Assembly: GCA_963724485.1 (NCBI GenBank)
Contig: CAVRUW010000008.1
Coordinates: 78,931 to 142,930 of the forward strand
Source: an uncultured Acidobacteriota bacterium
GTDB taxonomy: Bacteria; Acidobacteriota; Vicinamibacteria; Vicinamibacterales; UBA2999
DNA length: 64,000 bases
Direction of reading: 5' to 3'
Shown here: one piece after another, positions 10,824 through 22,376 of the stretch
How positions within the stretch are numbered: position 1 is the first letter of the stretch
How the letters are laid out: each line of letters begins with the position of its first letter
The notes under the pieces: generated by a model
Databases searched by the model: none
What the model was told of the DNA's origin: nothing
Seen by the model: the letters and a program-made list of their open reading frames with translations, nothing else
Program-made: the position numbers and the translations under genes

Positions 10824-12044
10824 GTGGCCAAGCGCTGGAATCGGATAGAGACCTGGCTCACGCTGGTCGCTCTCGGCGTCGGCCTGGTGATCCTGGGGAT
10901 TGCGGGGCTGTGGATATACGTGAGTGCCACGGCGACACCCCTGCACCCGGACCCTCGGAGCGTGACCTCCGTGACGCTTTCGGACCCCTCGCAACAGTGG
11001 ACCGGTGCCGTGGAACGCGGGCGAGCAATCATGCGCGCAGGTCTCACCGAGCAGAACCTGCCGGGGCTCTCCGTAGCGGTCGGTGTCGGCGGTGACATCG
11101 TGTGGGCCGAAGGCTTCGGCTGGGCGGATCTCGAGAAACGCGCGCCCGTCACGCCGAATCACCGGTTCAGGATCGGCACCGCTTCCGCCGTGCTCACATC
11201 GGCCGCGGTCGGCTTGCTGCTGGAGAGGGACCGGTTGAAGCTGGACGAGGAGATTCAGACCTACGTCCCTGAATTTCCGAAGAAACCCTGGCCCGTGACA
11301 CTGCGCCAGTTGCTCGGGCATGTGGCCGGCGTCAGGACCGACGGCGGTGACGAAGGGCCGCTGTTTTCTCAGCGCTGCGAGCGACCGGTCGAAGCGCTGG
11401 AGTTCTTTGCGGATCGCGAGCTGCTCTTCGAGCCGGGGACCCAGTATCGCTATTCGAGCTACGGCTGGATCGTGGTCAGCGCGGCGGTCGAAGCTGCCGC
11501 GGGCGCGCCGTTTCTCACCTTCATGCGGGACCAAATCTTCGATCCGTTGCGGATGCGCGACACGAGGGCGGACGCCGCGACGAAGGAGATCGAGGACATC
11601 GCGACGTTCTACTTCCCAAGGTTCGCGGCGGATCCCCGCTATGGGCCGGACCCCATGCGAGAGATCGACCTTTCGTGTTACGCGGGCGCCAGCGTTTTCT
11701 TATCCACGCCGTCCGACCTGGTTCGCTTCGGGATGGCAATCAACGGCGGCAAACTGTTGCAACCGGCCACGGTGGAATTACTCCAGACCTCACAGCGATT
11801 GCCATCGGGGCAGGAGACAGGCTACGGCCTTGGCTGGGACCTCGAGACCGTGCCGCTGTCGGGTCAACAAACGCCGGTGGTCGGCCATGACGGCGAGGTG
11901 TTGGGCGGCCCCGTGACGTCGTTGATGACATTGCGGGAGCGGGGGATTGTCGTGGCTGTGATGTCGAACACCTCGTTCGCGGACACGTTCGGTCTGGCGA
12001 CGAAAATCGCGGAGGCATTCGCGAACGCGCGAGAGGCCCAGTAG
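10824..12044 (+). CDS. Beta-lactamase-related serine-hydrolase-fold protein with an N-terminal TM anchor. The catalytic motifs look degenerate.
   Basis: LPGLSVAVGVGGDIVWAEGFGWADLE...FRIGTASAVLTSAAV...LRQLLGHVAGV...FEPGTQYRYSSYGW...VVGHDG. T-A-S-A replaces the usual S-x-x-K, and YSS replaces YSN. Confidence 0.8.
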   Translation: MAKRWNRIETWLTLVALGVGLVILGIAGLWIYVSATATPLHPDPRSVTSVTLSDPSQQWTGAVERGRAIMRAGLTEQNLPGLSVAVGVGGDIVWAEGFGWADLEKRAPVTPNHRFRIGTASAVLTSAAVGLLLERDRLKLDEEIQTYVPEFPKKPWPVTLRQLLGHVAGVRTDGGDEGPLFSQRCERPVEALEFFADRELLFEPGTQYRYSSYGWIVVSAAVEAAAGAPFLTFMRDQIFDPLRMRDTRADAATKEIEDIATFYFPRFAADPRYGPDPMREIDLSCYAGASVFLSTPSDLVRFGMAINGGKLLQPATVELLQTSQRLPSGQETGYGLGWDLETVPLSGQQTPVVGHDGEVLGGPVTSLMTLRERGIVVAVMSNTSFADTFGLATKIAEAFANAREAQ

Positions 12045-12062
12045 GCAAGTAATGAGCGCGCA

Positions 12063-12338
12063 ACCAAGCTCGGCTTCGACATCACGGACGTCAAAGTGCT
12101 CCTGAACTCGTCGCCGTATGGCGACCACGCGGGCGGGCTCGAGCGCAGCTTCCGCGTGCTGCGCAGCCTCCCCGCCGACATCTGGGTGACCTCGCGTGCA
12201 AGGCCATGGGGCAGGTATCGCAAGTTTGTCGCGAGCCAGACGGCGGAGAACCCGGTGGACGCATTCATCGACCCCGAGGGCTACCGCGCCTATGTTGACG
12301 CCGCTGAGGCGGAGTTCCGCCAGGGCGTTGTGCACTAG
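12063..12338 (+). pseudogene. Remnant of a subclass-B3-like metallo-beta-lactamase-fold gene, N-terminally truncated and internally deleted
   Basis: The frame reads ...KLGFDITDVKVLLNSSPYGDHAGGL (compare the usual SHAHxDHAGG), then jumps to the family's C-terminal part LRSLPADIWVTSRARPWG...NPVDAFIDPEGYRAYVDAAEAEF. About 90 aa remain out of an expected ~280. No start codon or N-terminal domain is present. Confidence 0.45.
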
Positions 12339-12360
12339 CAGCACCGCCGCGCTGCTTTTT
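12337..12360 (+). terminator. Rho-independent-type terminator after the MBL remnant
   Basis: AGCAGC-accgccgc-GCTGCT is followed by TTTT. Confidence 0.45.
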
Positions 12361-12428
12361 CACGCTACTCGGCAGAGCCGCGGCGACCCCTTGGAATCTA
12401 GAGGTCTTCTCCGCTGCCCGAAGCGGCC

Positions 12429-12457
12429 TTGACAATCCATAAGCATTTGCTTATACG
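12429..12457 (+). promoter_or_regulatory. Sigma70-like promoter (TTGACA-17 bp-TATACG) with an embedded perfect palindrome ATAAGCAttTGCTTAT (12439-12454), the likely ArsR-family operator
   Basis: Hexamers and the 7-2-7 palindrome were read directly. The -10 ends 6 nt before the ArsR ATG at 12464. Confidence 0.55.
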
Positions 12458-12463
12458 TAATGG

Positions 12464-12793
12464 ATGCCGAGCGCAGCCGTGCTCGAAGACAAGATCTTCC
12501 AGGCGCTGGCGGACCCCAGCCGCCGGGCGATCTTCAAGTCGATCATGCGTGGCGAAACCGCGGTGAAGGACCTCACAGCGCGCTTCGATATCTCGCAGCC
12601 GGCGGTCTCGCAGCACCTCGCCACGTTGAAAGACGCCGGCCTGGTGAACGGCCGGCGCGAGGGGCGTTTGGTCTACTACCGCGTGGAGCCGCGCGGGATG
12701 AAGCCGCTCATCGACTGGATCGCGCACTACCGCGCCTTCTGGACGGAGCACGTTGATCGCCTTGAACAACTGCTGGAGAAGATGGACAAATGA
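12464..12793 (+). CDS. ArsR/SmtB-family transcriptional regulator
   Basis: IFQALADPSRRAIFKSIMRGETAVKDLTARFDISQPAVSQHLATLKDAGLV is a winged-HTH signature. Confidence 0.9.
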   Translation: MPSAAVLEDKIFQALADPSRRAIFKSIMRGETAVKDLTARFDISQPAVSQHLATLKDAGLVNGRREGRLVYYRVEPRGMKPLIDWIAHYRAFWTEHVDRLEQLLEKMDK

Positions 12794-13230
12794 CTGCCGT
12801 CGACACGACCCCACCATCGCAGACCGAATCGCTTTCGTTCGAATTCGATTTGCATCATGCGCCGGAGAAAGTGTGGCGCGCGCTCACTGACCCTGCGCTG
12901 CTCGCCGAGTGGCTCCTGCCCGTCATCGACTTGAAGCTCGAGCCGGGAGCCGCGTTCACGTTCAAGACGCAGTCGTATCCGGGTTGGGACGGCATCGTGA
13001 ATTGCCGGCTGCTCGAGATCGAAACGCATCGGAAGCTCAGTTACACGTGGAGCGTCCCCTTCCTCGACACCGTCGTGACGTTCACGCTCACGCCCACGGC
13101 GTCTGGCACGCGCCTGTCCCTCGTGCAGTCGGGCTTCAAGACGGACCAGAAGAAGGAGTTCGGTGGCGCGCGCTACGGCTGGAAGATGATGGGCGGAAAG
13201 CTCGTCGATCTACTCGCGAGGATCTCATGA
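12790..13230 (+). CDS. SRPBCC / AHSA1 (activator of Hsp90 ATPase-like) domain protein
   Basis: A 4-nt start/stop overlap with ArsR. ...PEKVWRALTDPALLAEWL...GWDGIVNCRLLEIETHRKLSYTW... is the typical ArsR partner. Confidence 0.85.
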   Translation: MTAVDTTPPSQTESLSFEFDLHHAPEKVWRALTDPALLAEWLLPVIDLKLEPGAAFTFKTQSYPGWDGIVNCRLLEIETHRKLSYTWSVPFLDTVVTFTLTPTASGTRLSLVQSGFKTDQKKEFGGARYGWKMMGGKLVDLLARIS

Positions 13231-13445
13231 GCAAATTGATTCGGCAGACCCACCGCTGGCTGTCCATTGCCTTCACGTTGACGGTCATCGCCAACTTCGT
13301 CCACATCGCCGCCTTCGGACCCGAGAACCCTCCTGGGTTGGTGACCTACTCGCCGCTGCCCCCGCTGGCCTTGCTCCTGTTCAGCGGTCTGTACCTGTTC
13401 GTGCTGCCCTACACCACCAAGTGGCGCCGGCGAAGCGCCTCCTGA
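13227..13445 (+). CDS. Small two-TM membrane protein
   Basis: ATGA overlap with the SRPBCC stop. MSKLIRQTHRWLSIAFTLTVIANFVHIAAF...LALLLFSGLYLFVLPY. Confidence 0.5.
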   Translation: MSKLIRQTHRWLSIAFTLTVIANFVHIAAFGPENPPGLVTYSPLPPLALLLFSGLYLFVLPYTTKWRRRSAS

Positions 13446-13493
13446 CCGCCGGTCGCCAACGCCTAGATTTTTTACGAGGAGATTCTCAGCATC

Positions 13494-13880
13494 ATGAAGA
13501 AGAGCAACGTGATCGAAGCGAAGAACGATGTTCTGAACGACTGGCGGGGCGAAACGCTCTCTCGCATCCGCACGCTGATCAAGCAGGCCGACCCCGACAT
13601 GGTCGAAGAGCGGAAATGGAAAAAGCCGTCGAATCCGGCAGGTGTCCCAGCCTGGTCGCATAACGGGCTCGTCTGCACCGGTGAGACGTACAAGAACGCC
13701 GTGAAGATGACTTTTGCCCAGGGAGCATCTCTGAAGGACCCTTCAGGCCTCTTCAATTCCAGTCTCGACGGCAACACCAGGCGCGCCATCGATATCCACG
13801 AGGGCGACACGATCAACGAGAAGGCATTCAAGGCACTCATCAAGGCGGCCGTAAAGCTGAACGCGCCGGGCCGCGACTAG
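13494..13880 (+). CDS. DUF1801 (YdhG-like) domain protein
   Basis: ...WRGETLSRIRTLIKQADPDMVEERKWKKPSNPAGVPAWSHNGLVCTGETYKNAVKMTFAQGASL... Confidence 0.8.
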   Translation: MKKSNVIEAKNDVLNDWRGETLSRIRTLIKQADPDMVEERKWKKPSNPAGVPAWSHNGLVCTGETYKNAVKMTFAQGASLKDPSGLFNSSLDGNTRRAIDIHEGDTINEKAFKALIKAAVKLNAPGRD

Positions 13881-13892
13881 GCGCGGACGACC

Positions 13893-14751
13893 TCAGCGAA
13901 GCCGCCGGAGTTCCGCCTCCGAGACGATGAATCCAAACCCGGGCCAACCGCCCGACTGGATCGATCGCTCGAACCACGTGCGCGCCTGCGCCTTGTCGCC
14001 GCGCACGAGGTACCAGTTCCCCAGGCCGTAAGCGAGCGTGGCGACCTGCACGTCCTCGGTATCCGTCGGCGTGACCACGGCTTCGGGACCAATCTCGCCA
14101 CGATAGAGCTGCAGGCGCCGCGTGTAGGCGTTGGTCACCGGCTTCGAGTCCGGCCGCCGATCGAGCATCGCCTTCGCTTCCGCGCCGCGACCGGCTCGGC
14201 TGAGCGACATCCACAACCAGTCCGTGGACCCCGCCAGTTCGCCGGCGTCCGGGGCGATCGGCTGAGCCTTGGCGAACGATGCGGCCGCCTCGGCAAAGTC
14301 TCCGCGCAGGTACTGGACGATACCGAGGTGGTACCAGATTCCGTAGATCGGTACTGTCGATGGCGCCGCCGCGCGTGAGATCGGCGAACGCGCGATCGAA
14401 TTCACGCACGGACAGATATCGATGCCCGCGCCATCGGAGGAGCAGCGCGTTGTTCGGCTCGATCTCGAGCCCCCGCGTGAACGTCGCGATGGCTTCGCGA
14501 AACTGCCGCGCACCCGATTGGGCGACGCCAAGGTCGATAATGCGCGCAATGTTTTTCGGGTTGGCCTCGAGAGCGGTTCGCGCGCTCTTGACGGCGTCCG
14601 TATCGGGGAGCGAGCGATACTCGACGCCCTCGGGCGACCGGTATTGCACCGATTGCACGCCTGTCTGGCCTGCTTCGAGCGCAGGCGCCAGAGCGATCAC
14701 CGCGGCGATGGTCGACGTCAATGCGGCACGCTGAATGTTTCTGAATGGCAT
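13893..14751 (-). pseudogene. Secreted TPR-repeat protein, frame broken at 14351-14356
   Basis: ORF 13840..14751 is good up to ...ADLTRGGAIDS. ORF 13893..14549 is good from PIYGIWYHLGIVQYLRGDFAEAAASF... The junction is on ACAGTACCGA. Confidence 0.8.
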
Positions 14752-14810
14752 AGGTCCGGATTCTACTGGAGCGGACGACCCAGTTGGCGGCTCGTGGCAT
14801 GATCGCGACC

Positions 14811-17234
<2,424 letters not shown>

Positions 17235-17292
17235 GCGAGTTAAGCACTAAGGCTCGACTCCTCTCGATATCAAGCTTCAAGGGTTCAGTGCA

Positions 17293-17311
17293 GTTCAAGG
17301 AATCCTTGAAC
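17293..17311. repeat. Perfect 9-1-9 palindrome GTTCAAGGAaTCCTTGAAC between the uvrA paralogue and the kinase gene
   Basis: Read directly. It is part of three TTCAAGG copies (17276, 17294, inverted 17304) and an alternative pairing AAGGGTTCA (17279-87) / TGAACCCTT (17307-15). Confidence 0.6.
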
Positions 17312-17350
17312 CCTTCGACGCCAGAAGGTAGCATCCAGCCCATCCCGAAG

Positions 17351-19948
17351 ATGACCGTCGCCCCCGGTTCGCGCCTCGGGAGTTACGAAATCATCAGCCT
17401 GCTCGGCGCGGGCGGAATGGGTGAAGTCTACCGCGCGCATCACGTCAAGCTGGGGCGCGATGTCGCACTCAAGGTGTTGCCGCCTGCGGTCAGCCACGAC
17501 GCGGATCGCGTCACCAGGTTCGAACGCGAAGCGCGCGCCGTCGCCGCGCTCTCTCATCCCAACATCCTCGCGATTCACGATTTCGGCAGCGACAACGGTG
17601 TGCACTACGCCGTCACCGAATTGCTCGAAGGCCAGACGCTGCGCGACCTGGTCCGCGGCGGTCCACTGTCGCCGCCGAAGGCGACCGCCATCGCGACGCA
17701 GATTGCGCGCGGGCTCGAAGCCGCGCATGCCCGCGGCATCGTGCATCGCGATCTCAAGCCCGACAACGTCTTCGTCCTCAACGACGGACAGGTGAAGATT
17801 CTCGACTTCGGTCTCGCCAAGAGCACCACCGTCGAGCCTGACGCCTCCGCCGCCACGCAGGCACCGACGGTGACCGGTGGCCTCACGAGCGCGGGAATGG
17901 TGCTGGGCACGGCCGGCTACATGGCGCCGGAGCAGGTGCGGGGCGGAGCGATCGATCATCGGGCCGACATCTTCGCGTTTGGCTGCATCCTCTACGAGCT
18001 CCTCGCCGGACGGCGCGCGTTCCAGGGCGATTCGTCGATCGACACGATGCACGCGACGCTGCACGCCGACCCGCCGATCGTCGCGACGCTGGCCGCGGTC
18101 CCCGAGGCCCTTTCGCGCATCGTCGGTCACTGCCTCGAGAAACAACCGGCGAACCGCTTCCAGACCGCGACCGATCTGCGGTTCGCGCTCGACGCGATCG
18201 GCGACGGCTCGCGGAATGCGACACCGGCGCCCCCGCGGCGTTGGCCGTCGATGATGCCGGTGGCTGTGGCGACGGTCGTCATCGCGGCGCTGGCGGTGGG
18301 CGGTTGGTATTGGCGCGCATCGCGGGGCAGCGATCCATCCGCGCCCGCGCTGCCGCAGGCCCGTGGCATCGCCGTGCTGCCCTTCGAAAATCTCGGTGAC
18401 GCCGGGCAGGCGTACTTCGCCGCCGGTGTGACCGAAGAGGTGACCCTGCAGCTGGCGAAGGTGAGCTCGCTGCGCGTGATGAGCCGGGCCGCGGTGTTGC
18501 GCTTCAAAAATCCCGCCGCGCAGCTCCCCGACATGGCGCGCGATCTCGGCATCGGCGCCGTGCTCACCGGGACCGTGCGGCACGCCGGCTCCCAGGTGCG
18601 TGTTGGCGTCCAGCTGCTGTCCGCGCCGAGCGGCGAGTCGATGTGGACCGAACAATACGAGCGCACGCTGTCGAACATCTTCGAAGTGCAGAGCGACATC
18701 GCGGTGCGCGTCACGCGCGCGCTGCAGGCGTCGCTGGCCCCGGCCGAGCGTCAACGCATCGAGCGCGCGCCGACCGCGAACAGCGAGGCGTACGAGCTCT
18801 ATCTGCAGCAGCGGCGTCTGTCACTCGGCATCCCCGAGCAGAATCAGCAAGGCATCGACAGCCTGCAGAAAGCCATCGCGCTCGATCCGCAGTTTGCGCT
18901 GGCCTACGCGGTGCTGGCGCAGCGCTTTTCGTTCAAGGGCGGCATCTATGGACGGGCCGAATTCCTGCGAGGCATCGAGGCCGGGCGGCAGGCCGTGCGC
19001 CTCGATCCTCAACTCGCGCGCGGCCACTATGGGTTGGGCAACGTGCTGTCGGCGGCGGGACACGCCGACGAGGCCCGGCTCTCGATGCAGCGGGCCATCG
19101 AGCTCGACCACAATTATTCCGGGGCGATGAACGACCTGTCGTTGCTCGAGCTCAATGCCGGCCGTCTCGATCAGTCGGCGTACTGGGCGATGCGCGCCTG
19201 GCCGCTTTCCCCGAATGTGCCGAACGCGTATTACCACGTCTCGATTGCGCTGGGCTTCTTCGACGATGACATCGCCCGGCGCTGGGTGGCGGCGGCGGCC
19301 GCGCGCTTCAAGGCCGACGACCCGGCGGGCGGCCAGCGCATCCCGTTGATTCAGGCCCAGTTGGCGTTGCGTCGCGGTGATTACGCTGCGGCCATCGCCT
19401 TGTGCCGCGAGTCGATGCGTGCCCGTCCCGGCGGCGCGGAAGGGCTGTTGTACCTGACCGAGTTCGCGACCTATGCGGGTAGTCCCGACGCGGAGGCGAT
19501 GGTCGATGCTGCGCTCAAGGAGCGGCCGGACGGCCGTGGCTTGTGGAATGGCTACACGCCGCGCACCCTGCGCGCCTTTCTCTACGTGCGCGCGGGCCGG
19601 CGCGATATGGCGCGCCCGCTGCTCGAGACGGTGCTGGACGTCAATCGCCGCGCCATCGCCGAAGGCGACCGCAGTTTCCCGCCCGTCTACGAAGATGTGG
19701 CGGTGCAGGCGATGCTCGGCAATCGCGAGGCGGCGCTGGCCGCATGGGAGCGCGCGGTCGAGATGGGCTGGCCCGAGCCGAAGGTCGACGTCTACGACCC
19801 GCTGATCGCGCCGGTGAAAGACGACCCGCGGTTCATCGCCGCGCTTGACCGGGCCAAGCGCCGGGTGGCGGAGATGTTCGCGCGCGTCGACGTCAAGACG
19901 CTCGACGAATGGATCGCGCGCGGCGCCCCCGTGAATCCGGTGCGCTGA
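17351..19948 (+). CDS. Ser/Thr protein kinase with a TM helix, a TolB_N-like segment and C-terminal TPR repeats
   Basis: GSYEIISLLGAGGMGEVYRAHH...HRDLKPDNV...DFGLAK...GTAGYMAPE, then TM VAVATVVIAALAVGGWYW, then GIAVLPFENLGD... and TPRs. An alternative start is GTG at 17288. Confidence 0.9.
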   Translation: MTVAPGSRLGSYEIISLLGAGGMGEVYRAHHVKLGRDVALKVLPPAVSHDADRVTRFEREARAVAALSHPNILAIHDFGSDNGVHYAVTELLEGQTLRDLVRGGPLSPPKATAIATQIARGLEAAHARGIVHRDLKPDNVFVLNDGQVKILDFGLAKSTTVEPDASAATQAPTVTGGLTSAGMVLGTAGYMAPEQVRGGAIDHRADIFAFGCILYELLAGRRAFQGDSSIDTMHATLHADPPIVATLAAVPEALSRIVGHCLEKQPANRFQTATDLRFALDAIGDGSRNATPAPPRRWPSMMPVAVATVVIAALAVGGWYWRASRGSDPSAPALPQARGIAVLPFENLGDAGQAYFAAGVTEEVTLQLAKVSSLRVMSRAAVLRFKNPAAQLPDMARDLGIGAVLTGTVRHAGSQVRVGVQLLSAPSGESMWTEQYERTLSNIFEVQSDIAVRVTRALQASLAPAERQRIERAPTANSEAYELYLQQRRLSLGIPEQNQQGIDSLQKAIALDPQFALAYAVLAQRFSFKGGIYGRAEFLRGIEAGRQAVRLDPQLARGHYGLGNVLSAAGHADEARLSMQRAIELDHNYSGAMNDLSLLELNAGRLDQSAYWAMRAWPLSPNVPNAYYHVSIALGFFDDDIARRWVAAAAARFKADDPAGGQRIPLIQAQLALRRGDYAAAIALCRESMRARPGGAEGLLYLTEFATYAGSPDAEAMVDAALKERPDGRGLWNGYTPRTLRAFLYVRAGRRDMARPLLETVLDVNRRAIAEGDRSFPPVYEDVAVQAMLGNREAALAAWERAVEMGWPEPKVDVYDPLIAPVKDDPRFIAALDRAKRRVAEMFARVDVKTLDEWIARGAPVNPVR

Positions 19949-20018
19949 GCCATGAGCCTGGCACCTGCACACGACTGGCGTATGAGGTGGTCGGGCTCAT
20001 CGGCGCGGGCGGCATTGT

Positions 20019-20630
20019 CTAGGGGCAGGTCACTGCCGTCCGGACAAACGATAGAAGTAATAGTCCGCTTCTGTACGGCACCAGTGCTCGCCTCTCCGTC
20101 TCGTTGCACGGCGTGGTGGGCGCGATCCCGCCGATCGTATTCACACGATGAATGTAGGTCGCCGCGGTCAGGCGGTCGCCGCCGGTTGGCCCTGATTCCT
20201 CGCCGACAACCGTGAGTCGCAGCCAGGGGATCGCGCCAGGTGCCACGTAGTTCGAATCCGACGACGGAATGGCCATTCCCGCCCAGATCGCACTCGTGTC
20301 GCGCGAATCCTGCCACGTCGCTCGCAGTGCCCACCCCTGATCTGGATTGGGGCTGAGGAAGTGCGTCATCACCTGCCCGAGCTCCTCGTTAAACAGTGTC
20401 GCCTGAGGTCCGAACGGCACCCAGGCCGAGCTGGCGCCGGAGGACAGACAGAAGTATCCCTGCGTCCCAACCGCGTGAGCGACCAGGAATGGCACGTGTC
20501 CATCCGGCACCTCGATCTCCTGCGGTACGTCGGGCGCGATAACGCGATTTGGTCCCGCCGCCTCGGGCCGGCTCATTGCCGGCGTCAGCGCGAGCACACA
20601 CATGACAGCTAACACGTTCTTCATTTTCAT
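20019..20630 (-). pseudogene. DUF3455-family secreted protein with a C-terminal frameshift near 20069-20076
   Basis: ...VPDGHVPFLVAHAVGTQGYFC...IPWLRLTVVG...IHRVNTIGGIAPTTPC...ALVPY, after which the called frame gives RSGLLLLSF.... The +1 frame gives ADYYFYRLSGRQ* (stop at 20030), which I recall as the family-typical end. AGGAGA lies before the ATGs at 20630 and 20624. Confidence 0.7.
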
Positions 20631-20750
20631 TCTCCTGCGGTGTATGAAAGCGGTTCCGGAGACCGTGGACTTGAATGCACGCATCCCCGGAACCATGACC
20701 CACGAACCGTATGAATCCTTCAGCGGTTTGAACCGTGAACGTGGAGCCCG

Positions 20751-21575
20751 CTACACGCGCTCCCCGGTGGTCAGCCAGTACTCACGAGGGACCGTGATGC
20801 CGAGCTCGGTCGGAAAGCCCGCGTGAAACGCGATGAAGTCCGTGCGCAGTGCCTCGCGCCGCTCGGGATCGAGGCTGGCGGCGAGCGCACGCGTCGGTCC
20901 ATAGCCGGTCGAGAAGGTGTCCCAGGCGGCCTCGGCGTTCGGCTCGCGATAGTAAGAGACCCCCTTTTCGAACCGCAGCGTAAAGGCGCTGCCGAGCAGC
21001 TCGCGGAGGCGTACGGTCTGTCCCCATTCGAATGGCGAACGCGGGGCCGGGCTCGCGGGCGGCGGCGCGTACCGACGCATGACCTGAAACATCTTGAAGA
21101 GATTGCTGTCGGACAACCAGGTCGTCAATGCGATCCGGCCGCCCTTGCGGCAGACGCGCGCGAGTTCGGCGGCAGCTATTTCGGGCCGGCTCGCAAACAT
21201 GATCCCGAACGTCGAGACAACGGCGTCGAATGCCCCGGTCTCGAACGGCAAGTCCTCCGCGTCGCCAATCTGGTAGGTGATGGGCAGGCCTTCGGAATCG
21301 GCCTTCTCTCTCGCCGCTTCGAGCAGATCGGTGGCGATGTCAGCGCCGATCACGGACGCGCCGCGGCGCGCGACGATCCGCGATGTCCACCCCGTTCCGG
21401 TGGAGAGGTCGAGAATCCTTTCGCCCGGCTGCGGGTTCAGCCGCAGCACGCAGTGCTCGAGCGCGTCGGCAATGCCTCTGCTGATCTGGTCGTAACCCCG
21501 TCCCCCGCTGCTCCACACGGTCGCCGGCCGCTCGTTGTGCGGTTGAATCCTGCCCGCCTGTAGTGTTGCGTTCAT
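20751..21575 (-). CDS. Class I SAM-dependent methyltransferase
   Basis: ERILDLSTGTGWTSRIVARRGASVIGADIA...AFDAVVSTFGIMF...GGRIALTTW. Confidence 0.9.
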   Translation of the reverse strand: MNATLQAGRIQPHNERPATVWSSGGRGYDQISRGIADALEHCVLRLNPQPGERILDLSTGTGWTSRIVARRGASVIGADIATDLLEAAREKADSEGLPITYQIGDAEDLPFETGAFDAVVSTFGIMFASRPEIAAAELARVCRKGGRIALTTWLSDSNLFKMFQVMRRYAPPPASPAPRSPFEWGQTVRLRELLGSAFTLRFEKGVSYYREPNAEAAWDTFSTGYGPTRALAASLDPERREALRTDFIAFHAGFPTELGITVPREYWLTTGERV

Positions 21576-21806
21576 TGTCGTTTTCCTTCTAAGAGGTCAT
21601 TTCCTTGGGAAAGGCCTTTTCCTTGGGCCTTCTGTTTTCTGCGCCACCCGGGATGGATGTGCGCCCCATCAAGAAAGGCGTCAATGGCGGGCGGAAGTGC
21701 TAACGAGGAAAGGGGGAGAGAAAGGGGACTGTCCCTGTTAAGGGAACGTTAACTCTTCCCCTGGCGGCCAGGGGCTGTTTGATAATGTGTGCCGGGCCAC
21801 AACGGC

Positions 21807-22376
21807 ATGTCTTCCGAGCCCAACATCACGCAATTGCTCGTCGCGTGGGGCAATGGCGATCAAGCGGCGTTCGATCGCCTGGCGCCGGCGGTCCACCAGC
21901 ACCTGCATCGGCTGGCGGCGCACTACATGGCAGGGGAACGGCCCGGACATGTGCTCCAGACCACGGCGCTGGTGAACGAGGCATACGTTCGGCTTGTGGA
22001 CTGGAAGGACGTCCAGTGGCAGAACCGGGCGCACTTCTTCGGTGTCGCTGCACAAGCGATGCGGCACATTCTTGTGGATGCGGCGCGGAACCGGCGCCGG
22101 TCGAAACGGGGCGGCGGCGAGCTCAATGTCTCACTTTCGGACGTCGCCGACTTTGGCATCGCGAAGAGCGCCGATCTGGTGGCCCTCGACGATGCGCTGA
22201 CGACGCTGGAGACATTGAATCCGCGCCATAGCCGAGTGGTGGAGCTTCGCTTCTTCGGTGGTCTCAGCCTCAAGGAAGTCGCGCACGTTCTCAACGTGTC
22301 GGTTGGCACGGTTCGGCGCGATTGGAGCCTTGCCCAGGCCTGGCTGTATCGAGAGCTGACTCACGGCAGCACCTGA
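21807..22376 (+). CDS. ECF-type RNA polymerase sigma factor of the kinase-associated group (as I recall, TIGR02999 / ECF43-like)
   Basis: ITQLLVAWGNGDQAAFDRLAPAVHQHLHRLAAHYMAGERPGHVLQTTALVNEAYVRLVD...VVELRFFGGLSLKEVAHVLNVSVGTVRRDWSLAQAWL. An alternative GTG start is 21789. Confidence 0.85.
   Translation: MSSEPNITQLLVAWGNGDQAAFDRLAPAVHQHLHRLAAHYMAGERPGHVLQTTALVNEAYVRLVDWKDVQWQNRAHFFGVAAQAMRHILVDAARNRRRSKRGGGELNVSLSDVADFGIAKSADLVALDDALTTLETLNPRHSRVVELRFFGGLSLKEVAHVLNVSVGTVRRDWSLAQAWLYRELTHGST

Noticed and set aside
2666-14357. Programmed +1 ribosomal frameshifting at the shared ACAGUACCGA sequence.
   Set aside because: The zero frame sits differently on the motif in the two genes. The genes are unrelated, no stimulatory structure is evident, and other frame breaks in the window lack the motif. 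A DNA or sequencing-level cause fits better.
17285-19972. Very long minus-strand ORFs (489 aa and 383 aa) opposite the kinase gene. Similar ones are 36415..37812 (+), 8738..9811 (-), 14735..15916 (+) and 16371..17069 (-).
   Set aside because: They are Arg/Ala/Gly/Pro-rich and motif-free. Each lies antisense or out of frame to a gene with clear family signatures, which is typical of shadow ORFs in high-GC DNA.
21576-21788. The 213-bp gap before the ECF sigma gene, with TTTCCTTGGG x2 and the palindrome GGGACtGTCCC (21726-21736), considered as an ncRNA or ECF promoter.
   Set aside because: I cannot match it to any known RNA family or ECF -35/-10 consensus by eye. It is noted only as an untested regulatory region.
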